Shown: piece by piece, positions 16,627 to 24,891 of the stretch | Numbering within the stretch: the stretch's first letter is position 1 | Layout of the letters: every line of letters begins with the position of its first letter | Source of the DNA: Methanothermobacter thermautotrophicus str. Delta H | GTDB taxonomy: Archaea > Methanobacteriota > Methanobacteria > Methanobacteriales > Methanothermobacteraceae | Assembly (NCBI RefSeq): GCF_000008645.1 | Contig: NC_000916.1 | Span: 1,110,001-1,142,000 of the forward strand | DNA length: 32,000 bases | Reading direction: 5' to 3' | Translations under genes and position numbers: made by a program | Notes under the pieces: generated by a model | The model's input: only the letters and a program-made list of their open reading frames with translations | Told to the model about the DNA's origin: nothing | Databases searched by the model: none

Positions 16627-16746
16627 TTACACACCTCTCTGGGAGATATACTTACATGAAGTAAGTATCGTTATTACTTAAAATAATTTTATTAATAAAA
16701 ACTGGGTTCTGGATGATGGGTCCTTCTCTTATCATGGGCCACCATT

Positions 16747-17565
16747 TCACTTGATGTAGGCTTTGAGGACGTCCTCCCTGGAGACTATGCCCAGAAGATC
16801 GGCTTCCTTCACCATGCTGGGGTCACTCTTTATGAACACCGGCTTCTCAACCACGGGGATCCTGCCGATGTCCCTCTCCAGCATCAGAAAAGCAGCTTTT
16901 TCAGAAGGCGTATCTGGTGTTATGGCTATGGGTGGTGTCTTCATTATCTTCTCAACCGCCACTGATCTCACATCCCCGGACTCCCTGTGAATCCTGGCAT
17001 GGCCGTACCTTATGAGGTCCTTCCTTGTTATGATACCTATCAGTTTGCCGTTCTTCATCACCGGAAGCCCTGAAAATCCTGATTCATCCATCTTATCCCA
17101 TACAGCTGATACAGGGTCGCTGTGCTGGCAGGTGACAGGTTCAGGTGTCATTATCTCCATCACAGGACTCTTAACTGGTTCATATCCCTTTTCAAGGAAC
17201 CCTGAAATGAAGTCTATGGTACTGACTATCCCGACAAGTTTCATGCTCTCTGTTGACTCAACCACCGGGGCCTGTATTTCACCCGCCCTCACCAGGTCGG
17301 CTGCAGCCTTCATTGCCTCCATTTCAGGGGTCAGGATAAGCTTGGGCCTTTCCATTATTCCCCTTGCCTCAAGGTTGGACTTTGTCGCTGTGATGTTAAG
17401 CACATCACCCCGGGTTATAATACCTCTCAGTTTTTCCCCGGCGACTACAGGGACGCACCTGAAATCCTCATCCCTTAAAATAGATCTTACTCTTGTGGCG
17501 GCGGTTTCAAGTGAGACTGAGACAGGATTTAATGTCATTACGTCTCTTACAAACAAATCATTCAC
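16747..17565 (-). CDS. CBS-domain-only protein (4 CBS motifs), paralogue 2 of 5
   Basis: The protein has four CBS units. GTG 17565 overlaps the upstream stop codon (GTGAATGA). Confidence 0.85.
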   Translation of the reverse strand: MNDLFVRDVMTLNPVSVSLETAATRVRSILRDEDFRCVPVVAGEKLRGIITRGDVLNITATKSNLEARGIMERPKLILTPEMEAMKAAADLVRAGEIQAPVVESTESMKLVGIVSTIDFISGFLEKGYEPVKSPVMEIMTPEPVTCQHSDPVSAVWDKMDESGFSGLPVMKNGKLIGIITRKDLIRYGHARIHRESGDVRSVAVEKIMKTPPIAITPDTPSEKAAFLMLERDIGRIPVVEKPVFIKSDPSMVKEADLLGIVSREDVLKAYIK

Positions 17566-18121
17566 CCTCTAAGTCCTCTTTACACTCCTCACATATGTAT
17601 TTACCGTCGTACTCCTCAAGGTACTCCTCAAAGTTGCCGCAAATCTCACAGACACCTGGAACTGACCTCTCATTTTCAGGTAGCTGTACCCTGTTCTCCT
17701 CAATCCTTGCATTCTCAACAAGGATCTCTGTGAGTTCCGGGGCCACCATCATGACGTCGGAGGATGTCAGGATCCCGACGAGCGCGCCGTCCCTGACCAC
17801 CGGAAGCCTCCTTATGCTGTTCTTGGCCATCAGCCTCGCTGCTTCGCTGAGCTCCCTGTCAGGTTCTATGCTTATAAGGTTGCGGGTCATTACCTCCCCC
17901 ACTGTAACCTCACTGGCCCGCAGGTCTCTGGAAACAACCTTCCTTATGATGTCGCTCTCGGTGATGAGTCCCTCTGGTTCGGAGTTGCTCTTGACGATGA
18001 TGCTTCCAACCTTCTTTTCGGTCATTATTGATGCTGCTTCTGCAACGCTGATGCCAGGGTCTGCTGTTATAACATTCGATGTCATGGCATCATGGACTGT
18101 AACCTTTGTTTCCATTTCCAT
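17558..18121 (-). CDS. CBS pair fused to a C-terminal Cys4 zinc ribbon, paralogue 1 of 5
   Basis: Two CBS units are followed by [26 protein letters not shown] 18121 is preceded by the strong SD AGGAGGT-N6. Confidence 0.88.
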   Translation of the reverse strand: MEMETKVTVHDAMTSNVITADPGISVAEAASIMTEKKVGSIIVKSNSEPEGLITESDIIRKVVSRDLRASEVTVGEVMTRNLISIEPDRELSEAARLMAKNSIRRLPVVRDGALVGILTSSDVMMVAPELTEILVENARIEENRVQLPENERSVPGVCEICGNFEEYLEEYDGKYICEECKEDLEGE

Positions 18122-18132
18122 CTGAAAACCTC

Positions 18133-18876
18133 CTACCTAAGGCCAAGGGCCCTATGCATCTGTGGTATCACGTAAACATCCATATACTTTCCGGCTTCCT
18201 GAGACATTTCCAGCAGGCGAGGAGTGTTTTGAGCCCACTGCTCAGGGGGACTGCATGGCTGTATAACCAATGGAAGTCTTTCCGGCTCATCAACGCATTC
18301 AAGGAGCCTCTCTGCGAGAGCCCCGATGTAGCCAGCCCCCGTTGTGGGCATCACAACCACCTTACAATATGTATTTACACCTCTTGATATTAATATGTTT
18401 ATGACTTGAATCTCCCGATCAATGAGGTCACCGGGGCTGGATATATCGGATTCTGTAGTACCTGATCTTAAATTATCTGAAAAATGTTCAGCTATTTTTA
18501 TATCAACTGAGGCGTAGTCAAAGAGGTGAGCTATCCTCTCTGCATTGCTGGGCAGGGACCCGTTGGTCTCGAGAAGGGTCCTGTGAGGGCTCTCCTCAAG
18601 GAGTTCTGTGATAAAATCAGGGTAGAGGAGAGGTTCACCTCCTGTGATACTGATTGAATGAAAATCAGGCGTTATCAACCCTTCAATAATCTCTGTAAGT
18701 TCAGGGGCTGTGAAGAGCCTCCCGGCTGAGGGGTCCCTGCTCTCTGGTGTGTCACAGTAGCTGCAGTTGAGGTTGCAGCCGGCGAACCTCACAAAGATCT
18801 GCCTCCTTCCCACAAGGAGGCCCTCGCCCTGGATGCTGCTGAAGACCTCCACGATGGGTGCCCTCATCAAGATCAC
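18133..18876 (-). CDS. queE: 7-carboxy-7-deazaguanine synthase (radical SAM)
   Basis: Motifs include SIQGEG and the CX3CX2C cluster [13 protein letters not shown] 18876 overlaps the queD stop codon (GTGA). Confidence 0.88.
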
Positions 18877-19352
18877 CGGGATATCGTGTATATGGCCCCC
18901 TGCCCTATACCCTCATTCACACAGACCTCGACGGAGGATATATCATACTTACTGCTCAGTTCCTTGAAGAGGGTTGCGGCAAAGTACCTTGAAAGCTCCT
19001 CTGCAGAGCTGGATTCAAGGTCCATGAGGCAGCAGTCCTCCTCGGGTATGCTGTACTTCTTACCCGCTATTTCAAATTTAACTGTTCTGGTGGTAGATGT
19101 GAAGTTTATGAGGGGGTTCCTGAGGGGTATCAGGAGTTTATGGTCAAATTCGCTGCATATTCGTCTGACTATATCCTTAACATCCTTGAAGTCAGCTACA
19201 AAACCATGCTTACCGCTCCTCTTACCCTCAACCTTAACATCAACTATGTAGGAGTGACCGTGTATGCAGCCGCATGACTCATGTTCGGGTATCATGTGGG
19301 CGGCTGAAAACCTCAGGTTTGCGTGTATTCCATTTATAACTATCTTCATCAT
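18873..19352 (-). CDS. queD: 6-carboxy-5,6,7,8-tetrahydropterin synthase (PTPS family)
   Basis: The motif CGCIHGHSY (Cys plus His triad), a size of ~160 aa and adjacency to queE support the call. The start could be ATG 19352, ATG 19349 or GTG 19358. Confidence 0.85.
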
Positions 19353-19397
19353 TACCACTTCAACTGTTGAATGGGGACCCGGGTAGCCTATCCTGAA

Positions 19398-19505
19398 ACA
19401 CCTTAAAAGATCCGGGTCCTGGCCATATCCTCAGACACACCAGTATCCAGACACCAGCAGCATCCCCCCGACACCTTAAAAGATCCGGGTCTTGGCTATA
19501 TCCTC
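19398..19505. repeat. 35-bp direct repeat (19398-19432 and 19471-19505, 33/35 identical, period 73 bp); copy 2 is the real 3' end of the DUF366 gene
   Basis: ACACCTTAAAAGATCCGGGTCCTGGCCATATCCTC versus ACACCTTAAAAGATCCGGGTCTTGGCTATATCCTC. On the minus strand these encode EDMARTRIF* and EDIAKTRIF*. Confidence 0.9.
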
Positions 19506-20042
19506 CTCGATGGAATCTATCTCATGTATATACGCCATTGCAACGTTCTCAGCTATTACCTTAATGTCATCAGCTGACAGCTCAGGCTTTTCATCCAGAA
19601 GCCCTATGGTGTCGACATCCTCTGGTGTTCCCCTCTCATGGATGTTGACGCCCAGATGTATCTTCATGCTTGAGACAGAGGCCGTTGCTATTGAAACTGT
19701 GAGCTTAGATGAACCTATGTAGAGGTCATCACCCTCGCGCCTTGTCCGCACACCAGTTCTCATGAGTTCCTCCATGAGCAGCATTACCAGAATCCTCTGC
19801 CTGTGGTATGCGAGCCTCAGGCTGGATGGCTGTTCATCAAAGTGCTCAACGATGAAATGGAGGACCTCTTCAGATCTTATCTCCAGTTCAACGTCCTCAT
19901 AGTCCACTATATTCTTAACGTCCATGGGGCCTATCCATGTTATTATGCTTGAGCCCTTTATTCCCAGTTCACTGAGGGCCCATGCAGGTTCTATCTGACT
20001 CCCATCATAGAGGAGGGGATCTTCAAGGTGCTCATATAACAT
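19476..20042 (-). CDS. Conserved archaeal protein of unknown function (I recognise it as DUF366/COG2029-like)
   Basis: I place the start at ATG 20042 behind GGTGAT-N3, with ATTAAATA-type TATA blocks 35-50 nt upstream. The track start 20114 has GGAGGAGG directly abutting the ATG. The family assignment is from memory only. Confidence 0.6.
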   Translation of the reverse strand: MLYEHLEDPLLYDGSQIEPAWALSELGIKGSSIITWIGPMDVKNIVDYEDVELEIRSEEVLHFIVEHFDEQPSSLRLAYHRQRILVMLLMEELMRTGVRTRREGDDLYIGSSKLTVSIATASVSSMKIHLGVNIHERGTPEDVDTIGLLDEKPELSADDIKVIAENVAMAYIHEIDSIEEDIAKTRIF

Positions 20043-20206
20043 TACATCACCAGCATTATATCTGGAGCTGCCCCTATTTAATCTATTTAATAAGTAGGAT
20101 GCCGGGACTGCCATCCTCCTCCATAGATGACAGTATCAATGAATCCAGTGGATGAATTCATGCACGGAGGCCCCGGCTGGAGATCCGGAGTGAAACTCCT
20201 GGGTGC

Positions 20207-20572
20207 TCACTCAAGGACCAGGAGTTCCCGGTAGCCTGTCCTCCTGTCCATAACCCTCCGCAGCACCCCCTGGTATGGGATCACGGCTATCTCTGCAGTT
20301 GTCCTCACCGGGGAGTCCCCCCTGAGGTGGCCCCCGGTAACCCTGCCCTCTGAATCTGCAACCGCAATGTGGATGTGCACTCCATCGGGGGAGATGGTCC
20401 CCTGGAGTGAGAGGATCTCAAGGGGCCCCTCAACCGTGAGTTCTGATTCATCGGCCGTCCTTATCCTGACGCGGTGGAGGCTTCCTATGCCCGTCACCAC
20501 CACGCCTTCCGAAAAGGCTGCCCTCATCTCCTCCATGAGGTCCATGCCCGGTTCAAGTCTTATGAGAATCAT
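20207..20572 (-). CDS. PPC-domain (DUF296) protein
   Basis: The 121-aa protein shows the pattern G.GSL..V.I......... L.G.LEILSL.GTIS..G.H.H..V.D..G.V.GGHL. Confidence 0.7.
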   Translation of the reverse strand: MILIRLEPGMDLMEEMRAAFSEGVVVTGIGSLHRVRIRTADESELTVEGPLEILSLQGTISPDGVHIHIAVADSEGRVTGGHLRGDSPVRTTAEIAVIPYQGVLRRVMDRRTGYRELLVLE

Positions 20573-20612
20573 ATGAAAAGATTTATAGTCACATCAGGCA
20601 TTTAATTTATCT

Positions 20613-21635
20613 ATGAGAGCCAGAATCCGTGACTTCATACACACCACTGATGACCTTTTCTTTGCTGTGACCTCATACCTTCATCCTGATGGGAGAATCA
20701 TATCATTTTTACGTTACATACCGGATAGACATGGTGAAAGATCACTGGACTCTGCAAGATACTCAAAGGTCAGCTCGGACGTGGCATACCGTTTCCTTGA
20801 GGATGCGCACCCTGAGTACCTTCACCACTATGATGAGCTCGGGGTTCTCATGATGGGCGTGCCCCACGATAGGGTCGAGGAGATACTGAGGCCTGAAAAT
20901 CGTCTGGAGGAGATAATGGAGTCCCCATCAGATCCCCTCCTCAAAAAGGCTGTTAAAATAGCAGATACGCTCCACGATGCAGCCGGGATCCCCTACAGGT
21001 CCATGGGAGTCTCTGGATCCATACTGCCCGGGCTGTATGACCCCGAGAACTCCGACATTGACTTTGTTGTCTATGGACTGAAAAACCACCGGAGGGCCAT
21101 GGAGGCCTTCGGTGAACTTAAGGATGACCCCTCCTGGCCACTCATGGGCCTCGATGAAGAGCTCCTCAGGAGGGTCTACAGCAAGCGGATCGTTGACGAC
21201 ACCCTATCCTTCAGGGAGTTCTGCTGGTATGAGATGCGCAAGAACAACCGTGGAAGGGTAGATGGAACCCTCTTCGATATCCTTGCAGCCAGGGACTGGA
21301 GTGAAATAGATGGTCACTGGGGTGATACAACCTATGAGCCCCATGGGACCATAACCATTGAGTGCACAGTCACTGATGCCCTTGAGGCCTTTGACAACCC
21401 CTCAAGGTACCTTGTGGATGATGTCAATGTGATTGAGGGCCCTGCTGTTGAGATAGGGGAGGTCGTATCCTTCACCCACACCTATGCTGGTCAGGCCAGG
21501 GAGGGGGAGCGCATAGTTGCAAGGGGTAAACTTGAGAGGTTCACCGGAAAATCAGAGGGTTACAGGGTGGTTGTTGGAACAACCAGGGAAGCCATGAATG
21601 AATTCATAAAGCTGAAGGATCTCAGACTGGAGTAA
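20613..21635 (+). CDS. Predicted pol-beta-superfamily nucleotidyltransferase with a C-terminal OB-like domain
   Basis: The NTase signature is [24 protein letters not shown] (G-S ... D-x-D). The beta-rich C-terminus reads [12 protein letters not shown]. The protein looks like archaeal COG1665-type proteins. Confidence 0.6.
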   Translation: MRARIRDFIHTTDDLFFAVTSYLHPDGRIISFLRYIPDRHGERSLDSARYSKVSSDVAYRFLEDAHPEYLHHYDELGVLMMGVPHDRVEEILRPENRLEEIMESPSDPLLKKAVKIADTLHDAAGIPYRSMGVSGSILPGLYDPENSDIDFVVYGLKNHRRAMEAFGELKDDPSWPLMGLDEELLRRVYSKRIVDDTLSFREFCWYEMRKNNRGRVDGTLFDILAARDWSEIDGHWGDTTYEPHGTITIECTVTDALEAFDNPSRYLVDDVNVIEGPAVEIGEVVSFTHTYAGQAREGERIVARGKLERFTGKSEGYRVVVGTTREAMNEFIKLKDLRLE

Positions 21636-21660
21636 ACAGAAAATATGTGGAGGTTTTTGT

Positions 21661-22932
21661 GTGAACATTGGACTCATAGGATTTGGAACAATAGGGGCAG
21701 GTGTGGTGGAAATATTCAACACCAACCCTGATATCATAATGAAAAAGACAGGGATGGAGCTCAGGCTCAGGAGGGTGGTTGACCTTGACATTGAAACCGA
21801 CCGTGGCGTTGAAATAGATCCGGGGATCCTGTCAACCGACGCAGATGACATTCTCGAGGATCCTGAAATAGACATCGTCATAGAACTCATAGGTGGCTAT
21901 GAACCGGCGCGTAGCTTCATCCTGAAGGCCATAGAAAATGGTAAACATGTTGTAACAGCCAACAAGGCACTCCTTGCAAGGCACTGGGATGAGATAATGG
22001 ATGCTGCCAGGGAGCATGGCGTGAGGGTTGCATTTGAGGCCAGTGTTGGTGGTGGTATACCCGTCCTCAGGGCCCTCAACGAGTCCCTCGCAGCCAACAG
22101 AATAGAATCCATATATGGAATAATAAACGGTACCGCCAATTACATACTGACCAGGATGGCCTCAGAGGGCATGGAATTTGATGATGTTCTGCGGGAGGCC
22201 CAGAGGCTCGGATATGCTGAAAGGGATCCCACCTTCGACATAGAGGGCCATGACACCGCACAGAAGCTAATAATACTCACACTGCTTGGTTTTGGTGTCC
22301 ATGTACCGGAGGATGAACTCCATGTTGAGGGTATAAGCAGTATAAGGAGGGATGACATTGAATATGCCACTGCAGAGCTTGGATGCAGTGTGAAGCTCCT
22401 TGCAACAGCCAGGCTCAATGATGGTGAACTGGAGCTGGGTGTTACACCAACCCTTGTACCACACCATCACCTCCTCTCCTCTGTGAACGGTGTCTTCAAC
22501 GGGATATACATCACAGGGGACTTCACAGGGCCAGTCATGTTCTATGGGAAGGGTGCAGGCAGGAGGGCCACTGCAAGTGCAGTTGTCGCAGACTGCATGG
22601 ATATTGCAGTTAACCCTGAGGGATCAATGCCCACAGGTCCGGGCATCAGGGTTGTTGAGTCAGTGCGGGACTTCTCCAGGACATCCTCAAGGTACTACAT
22701 AAGGCTTGATGCCGTAGACAGGGCAGGGGTGCTCCATGAAATAGCCGGAGCCTTCAGCAGGCACGGTATAAGTATAGAATCAGTGACCCAGAAGGGCGCC
22801 CATGAGGGTGAAACTGTGCCGATCTACATCGTAACCCATGAGGCAAGTGAGGGGGCCATCCAGGGGGCCCTCTCTGAGATATCAGAGATCAGGTGGGTGA
22901 GGGGTGAACCCCTGCGCCTCCGGATACTCTGA
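21661..22932 (+). CDS. hom: Homoserine dehydrogenase with a C-terminal ACT domain
   Basis: GTG 21661 lies behind TGGAGGT-N7. Motifs include the NAD-binding [11 protein letters not shown], the catalytic-region NGTANYILT...[13 protein letters not shown], and an ACT tail. Confidence 0.92.
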   Translation: MNIGLIGFGTIGAGVVEIFNTNPDIIMKKTGMELRLRRVVDLDIETDRGVEIDPGILSTDADDILEDPEIDIVIELIGGYEPARSFILKAIENGKHVVTANKALLARHWDEIMDAAREHGVRVAFEASVGGGIPVLRALNESLAANRIESIYGIINGTANYILTRMASEGMEFDDVLREAQRLGYAERDPTFDIEGHDTAQKLIILTLLGFGVHVPEDELHVEGISSIRRDDIEYATAELGCSVKLLATARLNDGELELGVTPTLVPHHHLLSSVNGVFNGIYITGDFTGPVMFYGKGAGRRATASAVVADCMDIAVNPEGSMPTGPGIRVVESVRDFSRTSSRYYIRLDAVDRAGVLHEIAGAFSRHGISIESVTQKGAHEGETVPIYIVTHEASEGAIQGALSEISEIRWVRGEPLRLRIL

Positions 22933-22964
22933 ACCAATAAATTTTTTAAATGTTAGTAATAATT

Positions 22965-22982
22965 TAATATTAATTAATATTA
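22965..22982. promoter_or_regulatory. Perfect 18-bp AT palindrome overlapping the TATA-like region upstream of the Cas4-like gene
   Basis: TAATATTAATTAATATTA is self-complementary, which I checked base by base. It ends 18 nt before ATG 23000 and is followed by ATAAAG and the SD GGTGAT. Confidence 0.5.
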
Positions 22983-22999
22983 TAAAGTGTGGTGATCAG

Positions 23000-23767
23000 A
23001 TGTCGGTTGCTGTGTCCATGATATCCGAATTCATGTTCTGCCCCCTCAAACTGTACCTCCGGGAGGTTCTCGGGGTGAGGGAACCCATGAGACCCGAGGC
23101 AGTACACCTCAGGAAGGCCTACCTTGACTTCAGGGCAGCGGCAGAGAGCATCACCCGGAAACTGGAAGATGATGTTGGGGTGGATGAACTGGAATCAATG
23201 CTGATGGAGGACCTTGAGAGAATTCTGGGGGACCTTAATGAGGGTGAAAGGGATCTGATAGCTGAACCCATGGTATTTGAGGTGAGGACCATGGCACTGC
23301 GTATAGGGAGGGCCATGAACATCCTGGGGGGCCAGTGCGACAGGGTGGCCTCCCTCCTCTTCCCACCCCTCATCAGGGACTACCCCATATATGATCCGTC
23401 CATCGAACTGCATGGCCGTGTCAGCATGGAGATAAGTGGTGGTTCATATCACCCCCTCAAGTTCAGGACATCCCTGCCACCTGCAAGTGGGGTATGGCCC
23501 TCTGACAGCCTTGAAATAACGGCCCAGGCAATTCTGGTTGAGAGGGAATTTGAAACAGAGGTCATGGTATCCTTCATAGACTATATCCTGCCTGCAGAGC
23601 GGCGGCCGGTGGTGATAGATTACCGCAGGAGGGAGTACCTCTTCGATGTGCTTGATGAGATAAGGAGGATAACCGAGGATGGTGAGGTTCCCTCCGTGGA
23701 TCTGAACCCCTCAAGGTGTGCCGGTTGCAGCCTTGCAGAGGTCTGCTCCAGGGAGGGTCCGTGCTGA
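23000..23767 (+). CDS. Cas4/DUF83-like Fe-S protein, stand-alone, with an apparently non-canonical nuclease triad
   Basis: ATG 23000 lies behind GGTGAT-N3. The N-terminal Cys sits in FMFCPLKLYL and the C-terminal cluster is CAGCSLAEVC (C-x2-C-x5-C). The motif order matches Cas4, but the sequence reads GRVSMEI and PLKFRTS where Cas4 has GR.D and .E.KTS. Confidence 0.65.
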   Translation: MSVAVSMISEFMFCPLKLYLREVLGVREPMRPEAVHLRKAYLDFRAAAESITRKLEDDVGVDELESMLMEDLERILGDLNEGERDLIAEPMVFEVRTMALRIGRAMNILGGQCDRVASLLFPPLIRDYPIYDPSIELHGRVSMEISGGSYHPLKFRTSLPPASGVWPSDSLEITAQAILVEREFETEVMVSFIDYILPAERRPVVIDYRRREYLFDVLDEIRRITEDGEVPSVDLNPSRCAGCSLAEVCSREGPC

Positions 23768-23936
23768 CCCAGGTTACCTGGAGGATGAAGGTCACCCGGG
23801 ATCAGAATACATGATTTTCATCAGAGGATGTGGGGCCTGCAAAGATTATCATACTCTGAACCAGATCCGGTGATTTTTTTGAGATAATTTCCCAGAGTTT
23901 AAATAATTGTTTCAACATAATACTTATGGTGATGCT

Positions 23937-24206
23937 ATGAAGGAGGAACTTCTTAAAAAGTGTGAAAATCTGGACAGTCCGGATATAATGAGCAGCTGCC
24001 GTGTTCTCCTGGAACTTGCTGAGAAGAAAAAGGATGAGATACCTGAGGAGGACCAGACCTACCTTGAGATGGCAGAGAACCTGAAACCATCAGACGTCTC
24101 AAAGGTCCTGGAGCTTGCCCTCAAAATAAGGGAAAGCGGCGACATAAAGGATGCCGAACTCAAAAACGCTGCAAGCAAGCTCATAAGGGCAATTGAGATG
24201 AGCTGA
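23937..24206 (+). CDS. Hypothetical small acidic helical protein (89 aa)
   Basis: ATG 23937 lies behind GGTGAT-N3, with a TTTAAATA block ~35 nt upstream. I recognise no motif. Confidence 0.5.
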   Translation: MKEELLKKCENLDSPDIMSSCRVLLELAEKKKDEIPEEDQTYLEMAENLKPSDVSKVLELALKIRESGDIKDAELKNAASKLIRAIEMS

Positions 24207-24215
24207 ACATTTTTT

Positions 24216-24872
24216 CTAAAATTTTTTACCCCTTACCTTTTCTATACTGAAAACAGCGGTATCAGCCACCGCCATGACACTCATAACCCCTGCCTGTATG
24301 GGGTCTGTTACAACGAGGTCAGCCACATCGGTGACGCTTCCGGGCATGTTGAGGCTTATAACCGTGATATCATGTTCCCTTTTAACCATCTCAACTGCCC
24401 TTGTGATTTCACCACCCATGAGGGACCCTGCAAGTACCAGGGCCGCCACCCTCGGGAGTCTCCCCACGGCCCTCACTGCCTCCGCAAGTTCCTCCTCCCC
24501 GACCAGGGGGATGGTGTCGATGCTTATACGTTCTCCCCTGATGTTGTGCCTGTCGGCCTCACTGATGGCCCCCATTGCAACCTGGGAGACCTGGGCTCCC
24601 CCACCGATTATGATTATCCTCTTACCATAGATCTCCTCCAGTGACCTGTGTATCTTCACATCCAGTACCGTGCTGGAGGACTTCAGCTCATTGATGAGGG
24701 ACTCCCTGTCATCTATATCCTCGAGTTCCATATATATTGCGCCATGACCATCCCTTTCAACGTAGAGGTGGGCGTAGGTGATGTTTATATTCCTTGAGGC
24801 TATCATGCCTGTTATCTCACTTAGAACACCTGGCCTCTCCACGGTCTTTATACTCAGAGCCACTGAAGTCAT
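24216..24872 (-). CDS. ehbQ: ACT-domain protein (COG2150-like predicted amino-acid-binding regulator); terminal gene of the ehb cluster
   Basis: The N-terminal ACT domain reads [25 protein letters not shown]. The C-terminal Rossmann-like part reads [18 protein letters not shown]. Position 17 of the 17-gene ehb operon is as I recall it. Confidence 0.6.
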
Positions 24873-24891
24873 GAAAAATCACTGAAAAAAA

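Noticed and set aside
15782-16681. A 299-aa plus-strand ORF lies antisense to a CBS gene. Similar long antisense ORFs occur at 17493-18125, 17012-17572, 15083-15613, 12061-12540, 5259-5864 and 27473-27949.
   Set aside because: All mirror a well-supported gene on the other strand. Their products are Ser/Thr/Leu/Pro-rich low-complexity sequences with no motifs, and they lack SD-like sequences. Stop-poor antisense frames are expected opposite GAN/GTN-rich coding sequence.
19398-19505. The 35-bp repeat pair could be a degenerate CRISPR array.
   Set aside because: There are only two copies, one of which is the coding end of a gene. The spacer is ~38 bp of simple-repeat sequence, and there are no cas genes nearby or further repeats in the window.
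20130-20160. The palindrome ATGAATTCAT and nearby short dyads in the PPC-DUF366 spacer could be regulatory elements.
   Set aside because: These are short (10 bp or less), GC-poor dyads of the kind expected by chance. No flanking promoter or terminator context distinguishes them.
22904-22999. The ORF track gives upstream-most starts for several genes: 22904, 27350, 5047, 20114, 10539, 11958, 31031 and 7784.
   Set aside because: Each extension overlaps the preceding gene or runs through an AT-rich promoter-like spacer, and each lacks an SD. Downstream ATGs carry the locally recurrent GGTGAT-N3-ATG or AGGAGG motifs and give N-termini typical of the families.
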